Origin: an uncultured archaeon
GTDB taxonomy: Archaea > Thermoplasmatota > Poseidoniia > MGIII > CAYLMJ01
Length of the DNA stretch: 64,000 nucleotides
Direction of reading: 5' to 3'
Assembly: GCA_964384995.1 (NCBI GenBank)
Contig: CAYLMJ010000001.1
Coordinates: 24,221 to 88,220, forward strand
Position 1 is the stretch's first letter, and each line of letters begins with the position of its first letter. The translations under genes and the position numbers were made by a program. The notes under the pieces are model-generated. The model did no database searches. It was not told where the DNA came from and saw only the letters and a list, made by a program, of their open reading frames with translations. Shown here in pieces: positions 1-8,342 of this stretch.

Positions 1-147
1 GCAATCTGGTCGGTGGGTGATGGCATGGCGGGCAGTCGGAGGGTGGAGGGTGCTTAATGGTTTGGGAGCGGAGCGACGGCGGAGGTCGAGGTCGAGGTCG
101 CTCTGAGGGGCGCCTGTTGGTCGGGTCACCACAGTGTTCACCCAGAG

Positions 148-224
148 TTCACCACAGAGAACACAGAGAGCACAGAGTTGTCAACATGTGTTCATTCTTT
201 GTGAGCTCTGTGCACTTTGTGGTT
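148..224. repeat. ~77-bp imperfect palindromic element, copy A (TTCACCACAGAGA ... TGTGGTT)
   Basis: Left arm accacagagaacacagagagcacagag and right arm ctttgtgagctctgtgcactttgtggt are imperfect reverse complements. Same ends and same length as 7514..7589. Confidence 0.6.
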
Positions 225-319
225 CCCTCCAACGAGCCTGCCTTGTTGCCTGCCTTGATGCCTGCCTGGGGCTTGCCTGGGGCTTGCCTTTGCCCTTGCA
301 TGCTCTGTGAAAACTTTCC

Positions 320-429
320 AAAACGTACACCAATCGTGTATCTACCGTTTACCTACCGTGTACCTAGCGTATACAAAACGTATGGAAAACGTATAGCGAA
401 CGTATACCTTTCGTATGGAATTCGTATAT
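320..429. repeat. Phased tandem array, ten 11-bp units, consensus NNNNCGTNTAN
   Basis: Direct reading in exact 11-bp phase: aaaacgtacac caatcgtgtat ctaccgtttac ctaccgtgtac ctagcgtatac aaaacgtatgg aaaacgtatag cgaacgtatac ctttcgtatgg aattcgtatat. Confidence 0.8.
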
Positions 430-434
430 CGAAA

Positions 435-459
435 TGGTCTGGGCCCGGGGATCGAACCC
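435..459 (-). other. tRNA 3'-end-like fragment (T-loop, 3' T-stem, acceptor strand, CCA) with no matching 5' half
   Basis: Minus strand reads GGGTTCGATCCCCGGGCCCAGACCA, a canonical GTTCGATCC T-loop context ending in CCA. The upstream T-stem partner pairs for only 3 bp and no complementary 5' acceptor strand is present. It differs from the 3' end of the tRNA-Gln at 61494..61565. Confidence 0.4.
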
Positions 460-541
460 TTCTCACCTAACCTTTACGAAAAGGGTCCTATTGGTTAATC
501 AGGGTCTGCAATAACTTGGATCGAGGGGGCGCCCATGTACC

Positions 542-1051
542 TCAGTTCAACTGCTGACGGTACGCAATGTGCCGCAGGTAAGCCTGAAGGCCCGAGGTAT
601 CTGGTTTCCATATGTCGGCTTCGGTCAGCAGACGCCCATGGGCCACCCAGGCCTGCTCACGCCTGTCCCAGGTGCATCCAAGATGTTTGAACTTGCGGCG
701 CATCCTTTTCCAGGTCATCGACGGACCCTGTTTGGTGCTGGCCTTGATGAGCGTGTTGTTGTCCCGGTGTTCGATGGTGAGCTGAACAGTGGGGCGGGAG
801 AGGCGTTCCTGTTCCGCGATGATGAGCTCTTTCAGCCTGGGGATGGAGGCAGGATCATCCGGTGGAAGGGTACCTATGCGCGACTCGATCCAGTACACCA
901 GCTCATCGTAACCACCGTGGGCCGCGGCCTTCCTCTGAACGTGTCTTTTGACCGTGACCTTCTGACGGTATGACGTAGTGGTCTCCTCATGATGGTATGT
1001 CGCAGTTGTTTCCTTTTGATCGCCACCGAACAGCTTCTTGAGGAATCCCAT
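542..1051 (-). CDS. Hypothetical protein (169 aa)
   Basis: Longest ORF at this locus with ordinary amino-acid composition. No motif recognised. The overlapping + strand ORF 569..973 looks like a shadow frame. Confidence 0.45.
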   Translation of the reverse strand: MGFLKKLFGGDQKETTATYHHEETTTSYRQKVTVKRHVQRKAAAHGGYDELVYWIESRIGTLPPDDPASIPRLKELIIAEQERLSRPTVQLTIEHRDNNTLIKASTKQGPSMTWKRMRRKFKHLGCTWDRREQAWVAHGRLLTEADIWKPDTSGLQAYLRHIAYRQQLN

Positions 1052-1189
1052 GTTTGCTCCAGTGGGCGTCGAACCACCTCAGTTCAGACGCCCGGTCTAT
1101 TAGCGAACAGATGAATATCTGCATCATTTTCCCGAGGGAATCATTCGAGGTGCAGAAGCCGGATGGTTCAGAATGATAATAAGTCTTCC

Positions 1190-2377
1190 TCAGAGCCTGA
1201 GTTGGGCATCGATCACCTTGAACTCATCGCTCCCATGCACCCGGGGGTAGGTCAACGGCTCCATCCCATGCCGGCGCATGAAGTTCAGGTGTCCCGCGCT
1301 AACAAAACTGCGCTCACGCTGCTCAGGCGCCTCGAGCATGTTGAAGAACTCCGCTGGTGGCTCCAGTTCATGCAACGACCCATCCACCAATGGACCCATG
1401 CGCAGTGAGACGCGGCCGTATCTTCGCAATTGCTTGGCAGAGGCGGAGGCGGATGCATCGAGTATCTTCTGGTATCGATTGCGCTGGACGGTCTTGGGAC
1501 AGATGGCCTGGACCGACCGCATAAGGGCGAAGAGGTAGACATCGGATAGCTGATATCGCTCCATCACCTCAACGAGTTTGCGCTCGACGCGGGATCGTGA
1601 CCAGTTGGGGAACGACATCAGTATCGCGTGACGTCCCTTAAGGCCCAGTACCGGACTGAGCACGAAGGTCGTGAAACCGGCTCTCACCGGCCTCTGCGTT
1701 TCACGTTCCGGCAAGGGCAGGCGCGGCGATCTGAGAGTGGGCCAATTGAAGCGTTGGATCGGGCTGTGGGACGGCAATCGCTTCACCAGGGGCAGCCAAT
1801 GGTCCACAGGCGTGACGAGCTCTTCCGGTGTCAATCGGGTGCAGGCGTGGCCGGTGCGTGAGTTGATGGTCCCCGGGACGCGGATGATGCGACGGGTATC
1901 CACCGTCACCGAGGTGTCGATGGCGATGCCCTGGGCGATGACCTTTTCTGTCAGTGCTCGCCGGCGCACGATCAGCCTTTGCTCGCGCTCGAAGGGGTCG
2001 GCCACCGTTTCCCAGTCTGGGTCATCGAACAGCAGGTGGAAGCCTTTGCTGCCGCTGAAAGCGGCATACTTGAGCCTGTGCCCCTTGGCCTCCATGAATT
2101 CTAACAACCGTACCGCCTCGCCTCGCGTTCGCTCGAGCGTGCGTCGTGTCAGGGGCTGTCGGTCAAGGTCAAAGGCGATGTCGTGGTCCAGCAGGATCCC
2201 CGACCGCAGAAAACCCTCCCGCTCCTTTGGCCGCGGTCGAACGGCGGTGGGATTTAGATAGGTGGCCGTCGAGTAATAGACGTGGGTTGGTCTGTATCGC
2301 ACCAGCCATCTTTGCAATCCGGCTGCATCACGTATACGGTCCTTCACCTTGAAGAAACGCCCGCTGGGCAGGACCAA
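1190..2377 (-). CDS. Archaeo-eukaryotic primase catalytic subunit-like protein (PriS/AEP); true 5' end probably upstream of 2377
   Basis: AEP motif I LLDHDIAFDLD, motif II FSGSKGFHLLF, motif III IDTSVTVDTRRIIRVPGTINSRTG, and PTHVYYSTATYLNP. The frame stays open to 2491 and there encodes a PriS-like N-terminus (GRTEIKAFYRAHE) without a canonical start codon. Confidence 0.8.
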   Translation of the reverse strand: MVLPSGRFFKVKDRIRDAAGLQRWLVRYRPTHVYYSTATYLNPTAVRPRPKEREGFLRSGILLDHDIAFDLDRQPLTRRTLERTRGEAVRLLEFMEAKGHRLKYAAFSGSKGFHLLFDDPDWETVADPFEREQRLIVRRRALTEKVIAQGIAIDTSVTVDTRRIIRVPGTINSRTGHACTRLTPEELVTPVDHWLPLVKRLPSHSPIQRFNWPTLRSPRLPLPERETQRPVRAGFTTFVLSPVLGLKGRHAILMSFPNWSRSRVERKLVEVMERYQLSDVYLFALMRSVQAICPKTVQRNRYQKILDASASASAKQLRRYGRVSLRMGPLVDGSLHELEPPAEFFNMLEAPEQRERSFVSAGHLNFMRRHGMEPLTYPRVHGSDEFKVIDAQLRL

Positions 2378-2763
2378 ACGGAAGTGGCGGCGATGGGGTT
2401 CGGTAATGCAGGTCAGGTCGGGCTCATGCGCACGATAGAAGGCCTTGATCTCCGTACGACCCTGTTCATCATCTTCCAGCTGATCCCGCTCCTAGTTCTG
2501 TCTTATGCAGTACGTCAAAGCCCAACTGCTCCCCATGGTTATATGTGTGGAAGATAGAATGTGATTATGGACCTTTCGGTGTTATGATGTATCATGTAAT
2601 TTGAGTTCCCAAAACCAGCCTCTCTGTGACTTGCCAACAGGCAGGCAGACCGACCAGATCCAACCCCTACCACCGGATCCTGCATCAGAACTCCGCCCTG
2701 TGTACAGCGCTGTGGCATAATGGCCGGGACGACCCATCGGGACCCTTCACGCCAGCGGGGCCC

Positions 2764-4209
2764 TCACAGGAACTCCTCCTTGCCCCACTTCACCTCGATG
2801 CGGCTCCAGAACCAGGCGGTGGCCATCAGCAGCAGGAGGCACAGGAAGAGGACCGCCCCGGTGACCCTGACCAGCGGCCAGCCCTGGGAGAGCAGGTCCG
2901 ACAGGATGACCACGCAGATGAGGGGGATGGTGGAGATGATGTTGAACCTCAGCAGGACCATGGTGTCGAAGAGGTAGGTGTTGGTGCGCAGACCGGTGGC
3001 CTCGGCGGTGTATGAGACTGTGTAGAACGACACGACGATGAGCAGCAGCAGGGCCAGGGGCATCAGGTGGAGCTCGTCGGTGGCCGTGGCGATGATGGCC
3101 AGAAAGAGCAGGGGGATGGCAGTGGACAGGAACAGAAAGAGCAGGACCTTGGTCTTCACCACCTGGGCCACCGACACCGGCAATGTGGAGTAGAACGAGG
3201 TGGAATCCACTTTGTTGAGCCACGAGTAGAGCATCACCGTGAAGAAGCCCACCAGCCCGCCGTAGAACAATGTGTTGAAGTCGAAGGTGGCCTCCGGGGG
3301 CAGGCTGTGGGTCAGGAACCAGTCCAGGCCGGTGATTATCAGCAGGGGGAAGGCCAGCGAGAATATCATGCGGTAATGGGTCCGCGACCGCATGACGTCC
3401 AGCCACTCCTTGGCCAGCAGGTTGGGGATGCGGCCGTCCAGCCGGGCCAGGGGGCCAAAGCGCGATAGCAGGGGAGCATACCCGGCCGGATGGGTCTGGG
3501 GCGCACGACCCGTCTGCCCCTCCAACCGCTCGGGCAGGACCGCCGTGGCCAGGGCCACCACCAGCAGAACCAGGCCCCAGGCCGCAAGGAGGTAGGGCCA
3601 GTCGTGGGTGGCGTGGTAGGTCAGCGAGGGCAGGAACCATTCCAGCTCGGCAAGGCCGCCAAAACCCAACAGCAGGGGCACCAGCAGGATGGCCCCCACC
3701 AGAGTGGCCAACCAGACCCGATGGAGGTATATCGCCGCCAGAAGGTACGACAGGGCCAGTCCGGTGGCGAAGGAGGCCCCGGCGCCCACCGAAAAGTAGG
3801 CCACCGAGTCCAGCGGGATACCCGCCAACGAGCTGCCCACGAACAGACCTGCGACCAGGGGGCCGAAGGTGGTGATGAAGTAGTAGGCCACATCCTTCCA
3901 GAAGAAGAGCAGGAGCACCGACCGGTTGGACAGCGGCTGGGTTGCGGGCAGGCCCAAAAGCAGGGTGGTTTTGCCAAAGAGCCGTTCCATTATCTCCCTG
4001 CCAAAGAAGGTGAAGGAGCCGATGAAGAGACCGTAGGTCAGCAGGGACAGATGGGCGGCCGTGACCAAGGTGGAGAGACCCACATCCGAGCTGAGGGAGT
4101 CCAGGGAGAGCCCGGTGGCCACCGCCCCGCCGAAGATGAAGAGGGGGAACATCAGCAGGCCCCGCCGGGAGGCGAAGGCCAGGTTGAGCCGCCACTCCTC
4201 CTTGAGCAT
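2764..4209 (-). CDS. Polytopic membrane protein, probable permease partner of the adjacent ABC ATPase
   Basis: Long, very hydrophobic ORF with many predicted TM segments, directly downstream of the ABC ATPase (stop codon 4244-4246). Start taken at ATG 4209 (MLKEEWRLN). TTG 4242 is an alternative. The ORF-track start 4356 would overlap the ATPase. Confidence 0.65.
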   Translation of the reverse strand: MLKEEWRLNLAFASRRGLLMFPLFIFGGAVATGLSLDSLSSDVGLSTLVTAAHLSLLTYGLFIGSFTFFGREIMERLFGKTTLLLGLPATQPLSNRSVLLLFFWKDVAYYFITTFGPLVAGLFVGSSLAGIPLDSVAYFSVGAGASFATGLALSYLLAAIYLHRVWLATLVGAILLVPLLLGFGGLAELEWFLPSLTYHATHDWPYLLAAWGLVLLVVALATAVLPERLEGQTGRAPQTHPAGYAPLLSRFGPLARLDGRIPNLLAKEWLDVMRSRTHYRMIFSLAFPLLIITGLDWFLTHSLPPEATFDFNTLFYGGLVGFFTVMLYSWLNKVDSTSFYSTLPVSVAQVVKTKVLLFLFLSTAIPLLFLAIIATATDELHLMPLALLLLIVVSFYTVSYTAEATGLRTNTYLFDTMVLLRFNIISTIPLICVVILSDLLSQGWPLVRVTGAVLFLCLLLLMATAWFWSRIEVKWGKEEFL

Positions 4210-4243
4210 CAAGTGGAAGAGGGCGCCCCAGGGAGCGGTCAAT

Positions 4244-5164
4244 TCACACCTCCGGCTCGAAGGTGTAGCCCACCGCCTCGTAGAAGGCCTGCTCCAGCCC
4301 CCGGCCCGCCGAATCGAGCTCGGCCTTGGTCGCTGAGGCCACCACCTTGCCCGCATCGATGATGGCCACCTGGGTGCAGAGCCGCTCGGCCACCTCCAGG
4401 ATGTGGGTGGCCATGACCACCGTCCCGCCCCCGTTGACGTACTCGGTGAGCCAGCCTCTAAGCTTGCGCTGGATCAGGGGGTCCAGGTTGATGAAGGGCT
4501 CATCCAGGAAGAGCAAGGGCGGCCGGTGCAGGAAGGCCGCCGCCAGCATCACCTTCTGTCTCTGGCCCCGGGAGAGGTGGCGGCACAGGGTCTGAGCCTT
4601 GTCCTCCAGCTCGAAGTACTCGATCCAGTGGGCTATCAGCGAGGAGGGGTCCAGCTCTTCCGCGGGCCGGAACGGTGACGCGGCCGGAACGGGTTCATCG
4701 CCCCATCTGTACCGGGATTCCGAGCCTGCCGCCTCCCCGGTCCCAACCTGGGCTCCCGGGCTCGCATCTTCCGCACCCTCCACGCCTCGCAGGCGGGCCA
4801 CGAACTCCAGCACCTCCTCCACGGTGAGGAACGAGGGGGGCGACTCGGCCTCGGGCACGATGCCCACGGCGGCCCGCACCTCCAGGGACGCGTCCACCGG
4901 GTCCAGGCCCAGCACCAGGGCCTCCCCCCGGGTGGGGGTAAGCTGGCCGGTTAGTATCTTCAGCAGGGTCGACTTGCCCGCCCCGTTGGGCCCGAAAAGG
5001 CCGAAGAACTCGCCTTGGGGCACTTTCAGGTCCACGCTGTCCAGGGCGGTGACCTGCTTGCCGAACTGTTTGGTCAGACTCTTGACGTGGATGGCCGCGA
5101 ACCGGTTTCCGGGTTCATCGGAGGGTGTTTCTGCTGGCATGCTGGGGATGGGCAGACCCGCCAT
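4244..5164 (-). CDS. ABC transporter ATP-binding protein with a low-complexity insertion
   Basis: Walker A GPNGAGKST, signature LSRGQRQK, Walker B LLFLDEP. About 45 extra Gly/Ala/Glu/Pro-rich residues lie between the Q-loop region and the signature motif. Confidence 0.85.
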   Translation of the reverse strand: MAGLPIPSMPAETPSDEPGNRFAAIHVKSLTKQFGKQVTALDSVDLKVPQGEFFGLFGPNGAGKSTLLKILTGQLTPTRGEALVLGLDPVDASLEVRAAVGIVPEAESPPSFLTVEEVLEFVARLRGVEGAEDASPGAQVGTGEAAGSESRYRWGDEPVPAASPFRPAEELDPSSLIAHWIEYFELEDKAQTLCRHLSRGQRQKVMLAAAFLHRPPLLFLDEPFINLDPLIQRKLRGWLTEYVNGGGTVVMATHILEVAERLCTQVAIIDAGKVVASATKAELDSAGRGLEQAFYEAVGYTFEPEV

Positions 5165-5261
5165 CTCTTTTAGCTATCGTCTGGAGCCATCGTCCAACAG
5201 CGGGAGGCGAAAGAGCAATCAGAAACCCTAAAAGCCCCGCTTTGACTGGTCCTACGATTCC

Positions 5262-5531
5262 ATGCCAGATGAAGATTGTGCGATATGCGGGTCGGGCCAG
5301 AAGGTCCAGCAGGGTCACTTGATGGCTCCCAGCAAGGGCGGCAAGGCCACGACCCCCATGTGCCAGAAATGTGTCAAGTCCAAGGGTACCAAGGCCCTCA
5401 TGGAGTGGCTGCGCGACCTGAAGGACGCCACCAAGGATACACAGAAGTATCGGTGGAACCGCATCGTGGACTTTCAAAAGGGCAAGCGCAACGATATCGC
5501 CAAGAAGGTCCAGAAGATACGGGACGAGTAG
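5262..5531 (+). CDS. Small Lys-rich zinc-finger protein with a degenerate HNH-like Cys pattern
   Basis: CAICG ... GHLMAPSKGG ... CQKC followed by a basic helical tail. Composition is protein-like, unlike the overlapping frame 5276..5671. Confidence 0.45.
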   Translation: MPDEDCAICGSGQKVQQGHLMAPSKGGKATTPMCQKCVKSKGTKALMEWLRDLKDATKDTQKYRWNRIVDFQKGKRNDIAKKVQKIRDE

Positions 5532-5671
5532 GACCAGACCCACCCTCTGCGAATGAGCCCTCGTCGGGGCCACCTCAGGCTTGGCCAGGGCTCAAGCCCA
5601 TCCCTCCCGAGAGCTGTCGGTTCAAAGTCAACTCAAACCCCTTTATCTACCCTCAGGGTCCTCAACTGACA

Positions 5672-6703
5672 ATGGCAACCCAGAGCATGCCCGACAAGAG
5701 TGAACCCTCAGCGACAATCACCACCTCGAAGCTCACCAAGCGTTTCGGCGAGCTGACGGCGGTGAAGGAGCTGGACCTGTCGGTGCGCCAGGGCGAGATA
5801 TTCGGCCTGCTGGGGCCCAACGGCGCCGGCAAGACCACCACCATCTCCATGCTGGCCACCCTGCTGGACCCCACCTCGGGGGAGGCGACGGTGAACGGCT
5901 ATGACATCGACCGCCAGCCGCTCAAGGTCCGCCAATCCATCGGCATCGTCTTCCAGGACCCCAGTTCCGACGACATCCTAACCGGGTACGAGAACCTCTA
6001 CCTGCATGCCCTCATGTACGGTGTGCCCCAGGCCGAGCGGAAGGGGCGCATCCAGGAGGTGCTGGAGCTGGTGGGCCTGGCCGACCGGGCCGATGACATC
6101 GTGCGCAATTACTCTGGTGGCATGCGGCGACGGCTGGAGCTGGGCCGGGGTCTGCTCCATCAGCCCCAGGTACTCTTCCTGGATGAGCCGACGCTGGGCC
6201 TGGACCCCCAGACCCGGGAACATATCTGGGACTACATCGAGACCATCGTCCGCGAGCGTCAGGTCACCATCATCCTCACCACCCACTACATGGAGGAGGC
6301 CGACCGGCTCTGCGACCGGGTGGCCATCATCGACCACGGCGAGGTGGTGGTCCTGGACACTCCGGAGGCCCTGAAGGAGGGCATCGGCGGCGAGTCCCTG
6401 CACATCCGACTCGCGGACGACAGCGAGAGCGCCCGCGACGAGGCCATGACCGCCCTGGAGGATCTGTCCTTCGTCAGGGGCATAGAACAGCACGCCGGCG
6501 AGCTGGTGGTGGCCATCGAAGGGGTGGAGGTGCTGGAGAAACTGCCCGAGATAATGAACGCCACCGGCAAGATGGCCCGTCTGAACCTCCATTCCACCAC
6601 CCTCAACGATGTCTTTCTCCACTACTGCGGCCGGGACATCCGGGCCGAGAGCGCCGAGGACCGCATGGCCACCGTCCACGGCGTCATGACTGGAGGCAGG
6701 TAG
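5672..6703 (+). CDS. ABC-2 (DrrA-like) transporter ATP-binding protein
   Basis: GPNGAGKTT Walker A, YSGGMRRRLELG signature, VLFLDEPTLGLD Walker B. ATG 5672 is in frame with track ORF 5276..6703. A TATA-like cctttatcta lies about 30 nt upstream. Confidence 0.9.
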   Translation: MATQSMPDKSEPSATITTSKLTKRFGELTAVKELDLSVRQGEIFGLLGPNGAGKTTTISMLATLLDPTSGEATVNGYDIDRQPLKVRQSIGIVFQDPSSDDILTGYENLYLHALMYGVPQAERKGRIQEVLELVGLADRADDIVRNYSGGMRRRLELGRGLLHQPQVLFLDEPTLGLDPQTREHIWDYIETIVRERQVTIILTTHYMEEADRLCDRVAIIDHGEVVVLDTPEALKEGIGGESLHIRLADDSESARDEAMTALEDLSFVRGIEQHAGELVVAIEGVEVLEKLPEIMNATGKMARLNLHSTTLNDVFLHYCGRDIRAESAEDRMATVHGVMTGGR

Positions 6704-7504
6704 ATGGGCTCCCTGTCAGAATCGGGCCTGGACCTGCGTCAGGAACTGCGGGGCATCTACGCCATCTGGCTCAGGGAGCTGAAGGTCTTCAGGCGGGAGA
6801 AGTCACGCATCGTGTCATCGCTGGTCACCCCCATGCTCTGGCTCTTCGTGGTGGGCGGGGGCATCGGGGCTACCGTGGGCGAGATCGAACGCAACGGCCA
6901 CACCGTGGACTACCAGTCGTTCATCTACCCCGGCATCCTGGCCATGTCGGTGACCTTCACCTCGGTGTTCTTTGGCATGTACATCGTCTGGGACCGCAAG
7001 GTGGACTTTCTCAAGGAGGTGCTGGCAGCACCCATGACCCGCACCTCGGTCTTTCTGGGCAAGATGCTGGGAGGCTCCACCGACGCCCTGATCCAGGTGG
7101 CCCTGCTCCTGCTCTTTGCCGCCTACTTCGACATGAAGCTGACCGTGCTGTCGCTGGTGGGCACGGTGCTCTTCCTCTTCCTGCTGGCTCTCTGCATGAC
7201 CGCCGTGGGCCTCTCCATCGGCTCCCAGATGGAATCGCCCGAGGGCTTCTCCCTCATCGTCTCTTTCGTGGTCTTCCCCATGTTCTTCCTGTCCGGGGCC
7301 ATCTACAAACTGGACTGCCTGCCCGCCTGGCTGGGTATCGCCACCCGTTTTGACCCTGTGACCTACGCCGTGGACGGCCTGCGCAACATGCTCCTGCCCG
7401 ACATGGCCTTCTTCAGCGTGGCGGTGGACCTGGCGGTCCTGCTGGGCTTCTGCATCGTGATGGTGGCCGTGGGAACCTTCGGATTCAAGCGGATGCGGCT
7501 TTAG
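6704..7504 (+). CDS. ABC-2 type transporter permease
   Basis: ATG immediately follows the ATPase stop (tagatg). Six-TM hydrophobic profile and an N-terminal IWLRELKVFRREKSR motif typical of ABC-2 permeases. Confidence 0.85.
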   Translation: MGSLSESGLDLRQELRGIYAIWLRELKVFRREKSRIVSSLVTPMLWLFVVGGGIGATVGEIERNGHTVDYQSFIYPGILAMSVTFTSVFFGMYIVWDRKVDFLKEVLAAPMTRTSVFLGKMLGGSTDALIQVALLLLFAAYFDMKLTVLSLVGTVLFLFLLALCMTAVGLSIGSQMESPEGFSLIVSFVVFPMFFLSGAIYKLDCLPAWLGIATRFDPVTYAVDGLRNMLLPDMAFFSVAVDLAVLLGFCIVMVAVGTFGFKRMRL

Positions 7505-7513
7505 TTGCCATCA

Positions 7514-7589
7514 TTCACCACAGAGAGCACCGAGAGTTCACAGAGAAATTACTCTGTGATATCTCTGTGTACTCGGTGGCTCTGTGGTT
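7514..7589. repeat. ~76-bp imperfect palindromic element, copy B, between convergent genes (possible bidirectional terminator hairpin)
   Basis: ttcaccacagagagcaccgagagttcacagag ... ctctgtgatatctctgtgtactcggtggctctgtggtt. The arms are imperfect reverse complements. It shares termini and length with 148..224. Confidence 0.65.
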
Positions 7590-7600
7590 TTGCTTGATGC

Positions 7601-8179
7601 TTATAGCCGCTTTTCCACAGCCTCCCAGTCCACCAGTTCCCACCATGCGGCGACGTAGTCCGGTCGCTTGTTCTGGTAATCCAGGTAGTAGGCGTGCTCC
7701 CACACATCGCACACCAGCAGGGGGCGCAGGCCAGCGGTGATGGGGTTGTCGGCGTTGGAGGTGGAGGCTATCTTGAGGTTGTTCTCGGCGTCGGCGCAGA
7801 GCCAGGCCCAGCCCGAGCCGAAGTGGGTGGTGGCGGCCTTGGTGAACTGGGCCTTCAGGTTCGTGAAGTCTCCCAGGTCCTCCTCGATCATCTCCATCAG
7901 CTTGCCTCCTGGCTCCCCGCCGCCCTCGGGCGACATGGACTCCCAGTAGAAGGTGTGGTTCCAGACCTGGGCCGCGTTGTTGTAGATGCCTCCGGGCCCG
8001 GCGTCCTTGAGGATGAACTTCAGGCTCTGATTGGCGTAGTCGTTGTGCTCGGTGAGACCGTTGAGGTTGGCAACATAGGCGGCGTGGTGCCGGCCGTGGT
8101 GGATCTCCAGGGTCTTGGCCGAGATGTGTGGTTCCAGGGCATTCATTTCGTAGGGCAGGGAGGGCAACTCGAAGGGCAT
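7601..8179 (-). CDS. sod: Fe/Mn superoxide dismutase
   Basis: PFELPSLPY, EIHHGRHHAAYV, WNHTFYW and DVWEHAYYLDYQNKRPDY. All four metal ligands are present. Confidence 0.95.
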   Translation of the reverse strand: MPFELPSLPYEMNALEPHISAKTLEIHHGRHHAAYVANLNGLTEHNDYANQSLKFILKDAGPGGIYNNAAQVWNHTFYWESMSPEGGGEPGGKLMEMIEEDLGDFTNLKAQFTKAATTHFGSGWAWLCADAENNLKIASTSNADNPITAGLRPLLVCDVWEHAYYLDYQNKRPDYVAAWWELVDWEAVEKRL

Positions 8180-8342
8180 GGGAACACCGGACCCGAAAGT
8201 GACAGGCCGCTAATAAGATTGTGCGAAAACGGTCCGGCGCCAGCCGTGGTTGGGACCCCGTGGGAGGCGAAAGGTCCATTTGTGGAACGGGAACTGACAA
8301 CCCCTCATAGGCCACCGGCGGGAAGGATACAGGAGGCCTGTC

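Noticed and set aside
57-470. 137-aa ORF at the window start
   Set aside because: It lies entirely within drifting tandem repeats. Its low-complexity peptide (GRGRGR, HREHREHR, YRVPSVYKTYGKR) is a by-product of the repeats.
1064-1093. GGTTCGA-containing hairpin as a second tRNA remnant
   Set aside because: Only a 7-bp stem with a 16-nt loop is present. No T-arm or acceptor geometry can be drawn. It is treated as a plain intergenic hairpin.
2605-2630. Similarity between gttcccaaaaccagcctctctgtgac (2605-2630) and gttccagaacccagcctctttgtgac (61365-61390) as possible att sites 59 kb apart
   Set aside because: Only a 15/16 core plus flanking partial matches are shared. My rough estimate is that dozens of such matches are expected by chance among all position pairs in 64 kb. 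The enclosed region is full of housekeeping genes.
435-2760. Confident mobile-element annotation for the left end
   Set aside because: No integrase, transposase or terminal direct repeat was found, and the GC content is host-like. It is kept only as a low-confidence hypothesis in the findings.
5276-5671. 132-codon N-terminal extension of the second ABC ATPase ORF
   Set aside because: It overlaps the better-looking small zinc-finger ORF in another frame. The ABC domain begins shortly after ATG 5672, which has a TATA-like box upstream.
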